This document shows, one piece after another, positions 60,574 to 64,000 of a stretch of 64,000 nt of DNA (within the stretch, counting starts at the first letter, position 1; every line of letters starts with the position of its first letter). The position numbers and the translations under genes are program-made. This stretch comes from Blastocatellia bacterium (lineage in GTDB: Bacteria > Acidobacteriota > Blastocatellia > UBA7656). The stretch lies in assembly GCA_963765495.1 (NCBI GenBank), contig CAVXWP010000010.1, forward strand, positions 64,001 through 128,000, given 5' to 3'. The notes beneath the pieces are model-generated. The model saw only the letters and a program-made list of their open reading frames with translations. It did no database searches and was not told where the DNA came from.

Positions 60574-63500
60574 ATGAAGAAGTTTTTCAAAAACAGAGGC
60601 AATAATCACACGTCCGTTCAAGGTAACGGCTCGAATCATCGCTCGATTGAGGATCAGCCTTTCAGTCCAAATTCGATAAGGAAGGGCTCGCGCATTCGAG
60701 GCGCGGTCGAAGTCGAAAGCATCTGCCCGTATTGCGCGGTCGGGTGCGCTCAGATGGTCTATGTCAAAGGCGGAAAGATAATCGACATCGAAGGCAACTA
60801 TGAAAGTCCGATCAACGAGGGCACGCTCTGCCCCAAAGGGGCGAGCACTTTTCAGCTTACGGTCAATCCGCATCGCATCAAAAAGGTGCTCTATCGCGCG
60901 CCTTATTCGAGCAGGTGGGAAGAACGCCCGCTCGATTGGGCGATGGACCGCATAGCCCGGAAATTAAAAGAGACGAGAGAGGCCGATTTCATCGAGCGAA
61001 AACAAGAGAAGGTCTTGAATCACCTGACGACGGTCGCCTGCCTCGGCGGCGCGACTATGGACAACGAAGAGAATTATCTTATCAAGAAGCTGTTTGGAGG
61101 CGGGCTGGGCGTAGTCTCTATCGAGAATCAGGCGCGTATATGACACAGCGCCTCGGTGCCCGGTCTGGGCATCTCATTCGGTCGCGGCGCGGCCACCACT
61201 TTTCAGCAGGACCTCGCAAACAGCGATTGCGTAATGATAATGGGCTCGAATATGGCGGAGGCGCATCCGGTAGGCTTTCGCTGGCCGATGAAGGCGCGCG
61301 AGCGCGGAGGCAAGCTCATACACGTCGATCCGCGATTTACCCGCACCTCCGCGATGTGCGATGTGCACGTCCCGATTCGAGCAGGAACCGACATCGCCTT
61401 CCTCGGTGGCCTCATAAACTACATCCTCGAAAATGATCTGTGGTTTAAGGAATACGTATTGGCTTACACCAACGCCACGACGCTCATCAACCGAGATTAC
61501 GCCGATGCAGACGACCTCGGCGGCCTCTTCAATGGATACGAACCTGAAAAGAAACATTACGAGCCCGAGTCAACCGACTGGAATTATCAGGGCGAGCCCG
61601 ACGATGCGCCACCTACTCGTACGCCGCCTGAGATAAAGAGCGAATCCTTGAGCGAGCGACTTGGCTTTATTCAGAACCCGCAACCGCCGAGCGACCCGAC
61701 CCTCAAAGACCCGCACTGCGTCCTGAATATTTTGAAACGCCACTATTCCCGCTATACGCCTGAGATGGTCGCCTCCATTTGCGGCTGCAAGAAGGAAGAC
61801 CTCATCCGAGTAGCCGAAACGCTATCGAAAAACTCTGGCCGCGACCGCACGAGCGCGATAGTCTACGCCGTAGGCTGGACCCAGCACACAACGGGCGTGC
61901 AGATGATACGCGCTGCCGGGATACTTCAGCTTCTGCTCGGCAATATGGGGCGGCCCGGCGGCGGCATAATGGCCATGCGAGGGCACGCAAGCATACAGGG
62001 GTCTACAGACATTCCGACGCTCTACAATTTGCTGCCGGGCTATATGCCGCAGCCTGCGGCGATACGAAATCACAACACGCTGAAGGATTATCTTGAGGAA
62101 GAGAAAGTGCCAAACGGCTACTGGTCGAACTTTCCGAAATTCATGGTGAGCCTGCTCAAAGCGTGGTACGGCGAGGCGGCGACAAAAGAGAATGACTGGG
62201 GTTTCGGATGGGTTCCGCGAATTGATGACAACTACTCACAACTGCCCACCTTTATCAAAATGGCCGAGGGCAAAGTCAAAGGGCTTTTCCTCTTTGGGCA
62301 GAACCCGGCCGGGGGTGCGCCAAACGCGGGGCTCAATCGCGCGGCGATGAGGAATCTCGACTGGCTCGTAGTGCGCGACTGGTTCGAAATCGAGAGCGCG
62401 TGTTACTGGTACAAAGGCCCCGAAGCGCCCGACCCGACTACGATCAAGACAGAGATTTTTTTCATGCCTGCCGCTGCCGCTGCCGAAAAAGACGGTTGCT
62501 TCACAAACACTCAACGGCTGATACAGTGGCACGACAAGGCCTTAGACCCGCCCGATGATTGTCGCTCGGACACCTGGTTTGTTTACGACCTTGGCAAGCG
62601 AATGAAGGCGCTTTACGAAGGCTCGACGGCGGACCGCGATCAGGGGCTTCTTAATCTGACGTGGGACTACGAGCGAGACAAAGAGGAAACGCTGCCCGAC
62701 GGCAGCGCGAGCCGAATACCTGACGAGCCTGACGTTGAGAAGATTTTGAAAGAGATAAACGGCTACACGGTCGCAGACCGCAAGCAGGTGAGCGGGTTTT
62801 CGGACCTGAAAGACGACGGCAGCACAGCCTGCGGGTGCTGGATATACAGCGGGGTCTTTCCCGAAGAAGGGCGCAACCGCGCCCGCTCGCGCAAGCGCGA
62901 CGCTGAAAATTACACTCACCCGGATTGGGGCTACGCCTGGCCGCATAACCGCCGGATACTCTACAACCGCGCATCGGCAGACCCCGAAGGCAAGCCCTGG
63001 TCCGAGCGCAAGAAATACATCTGGTGGGACTCGGAAAAGCAGAAATGGACAGGCGTTGACGAACCCGATTTTCAACCCGACAAGCCGCCTTCTTACAAAC
63101 CCAAAAAGGATTCGAAGGGTATGGATGCCATCTCGGGCGATTCTCCTTTTATCATGAAACCGGATGGAAAGGGGTGGCTTTTCGCTCCGGCAGGCACAAA
63201 AGACGGGCCGCTTCCGACTCACTACGAGCCGATAGAATCACCCGTTCGAAACCTGCTTTACGACCAGCAGGACAACCCCGTCTCCGAGCGTTGTGATGTG
63301 CCCATGAACGTGAAGGCCAAAGCGATGGATGAGAACTATCCAATCGTAGCCACGACCCACCGATTGACCGAGCAGTATTTGAGCGGGCCGATGAGCCGTT
63401 TCAATAGCTGGCTGAACGAACTACAACCCGAGATGTTTATCGAGATAAGCCCCGAGCTTGCACGCGAGCGCCGGATAGAGCACGGCGGCTGGATGGTGGT

Positions 63501-63834
63501 CTGGACCGCGAGAGGTGAGATCGAAGCGCGAGCGATGGTCACACGCCGAATCAAACCGCTCGAAGTCAACGGCCGATTGCTTCATCAAATCGGCATCCCT
63601 TTTCACTGGGGTTTTGCGGGCGAGACTATAGGCTCGGTGGCCAACGACCTCACATCAATAGTGCTGGACCCGAACGTGAGCATCCACGAAGCAAAGGCGT
63701 TCGCCTGTAACGTGCGGGCAGGGCGGCTGACTCGTAGCGTCGAAGAGAAGGCTTCGCCTGCGGCCCCGTGGCCTACCAGAGAGCCTGCGCCCGACACGCC
63801 GGATTCGGATCAGCCGGAGGGACAGGCGATATGA
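60574..63834 (+). CDS. fdnG: Formate dehydrogenase alpha subunit (FdnG/FdoG-like), selenocysteine at codon 190
   Basis: ORFs 60574-61143 and 61156-63834 share a frame, joined by TGA at 61141 in NQARI-U-HSASV, the Mo/W-ligand Cys/Sec position. Also CPYCAVGC...CPKG 4Fe-4S, GSNMAEAHP, RGHASIQG. Confidence 0.93.
61141..61187 (+). promoter_or_regulatory. Bacterial SECIS-like hairpin
   Basis: TGA-CACAGCGCCTCG-GTGCCC-GGTCT-GGGCAT: stem starting about 12 nt after UGA with a G/U-containing loop, like fdnG SECIS geometry. Confidence 0.75.
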
Positions 63835-64000
63835 TTAAACAATTCCTTGAAGCCTTCGAGCGTCCCACACCTCCTGACGCAAAACAGGAAATGGGGTTCT
63901 TCACCGATACGACGGTGTGCATAGGATGCAAAGCGTGCGAGGTAGCCTGCAAGCAATGGAATCAACTCCCGGCAGACGGCTTTCACTGGACGGGCAACAG
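63831..64000 (+). CDS. fdnH: Formate dehydrogenase iron-sulfur beta subunit, 5' part
   Basis: ATG overlaps the fdnG stop (ATGA); MIKQFLEAFERPTPPDAKQEMGFFTDTTVCIGCKACEVACKQWNQLP. Confidence 0.88.
   Translation, partial: MIKQFLEAFERPTPPDAKQEMGFFTDTTVCIGCKACEVACKQWNQLPADGFHWTGN

Noticed and set aside
60574-61143. Separate 189-aa gene or fdnG pseudogene
   Set aside because: An in-frame TGA at the conserved Sec position with a downstream hairpin is better explained by selenocysteine recoding.

Overview
A gene-dense bacterial chromosome segment, probably Acidobacteriota (inferred from two Acidobacterial-type VWA proteins, a carboxypeptidase-regulatory-domain TonB-type receptor and alternative complex III). 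In order it holds dacB (partial), a DUF2760-like gene, two RRM RNA-binding proteins, a PAS kinase/NarL pair, two phosphohexomutases with glycogen phosphorylase, a fused 2Fe-2S/Mo hydroxylase resembling the selenium-dependent type, an M48 peptidase and a small 8-Cys secreted peptide. Next come a class A PBP, trxB-glmS-glmU-yvcK with a frameshifted histone-like/TPR gene, hemD, a VWA/FecR/VWA/CPBP/S8 envelope cluster and an ECF sigma/anti-sigma/Spy-like/TonB-type receptor/EF-hand module. The window ends with a ~16 kb respiratory block: actABCDEFG-sco-coxBACD (caa3, A2-type), then a selenocysteine formate dehydrogenase (in-frame TGA at 61141 with a SECIS-like hairpin) and the start of its 4Fe-4S subunit. 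I saw no rRNA, tRNA, CRISPR array or transposase. The main unexplained signal is a dense set of ~60-155 bp palindromic intergenic elements with 7-nt or 9-nt periodic arms; several of these and related repeats overlap gene stop codons. All calls come from reading motifs by eye; no database searches were run.
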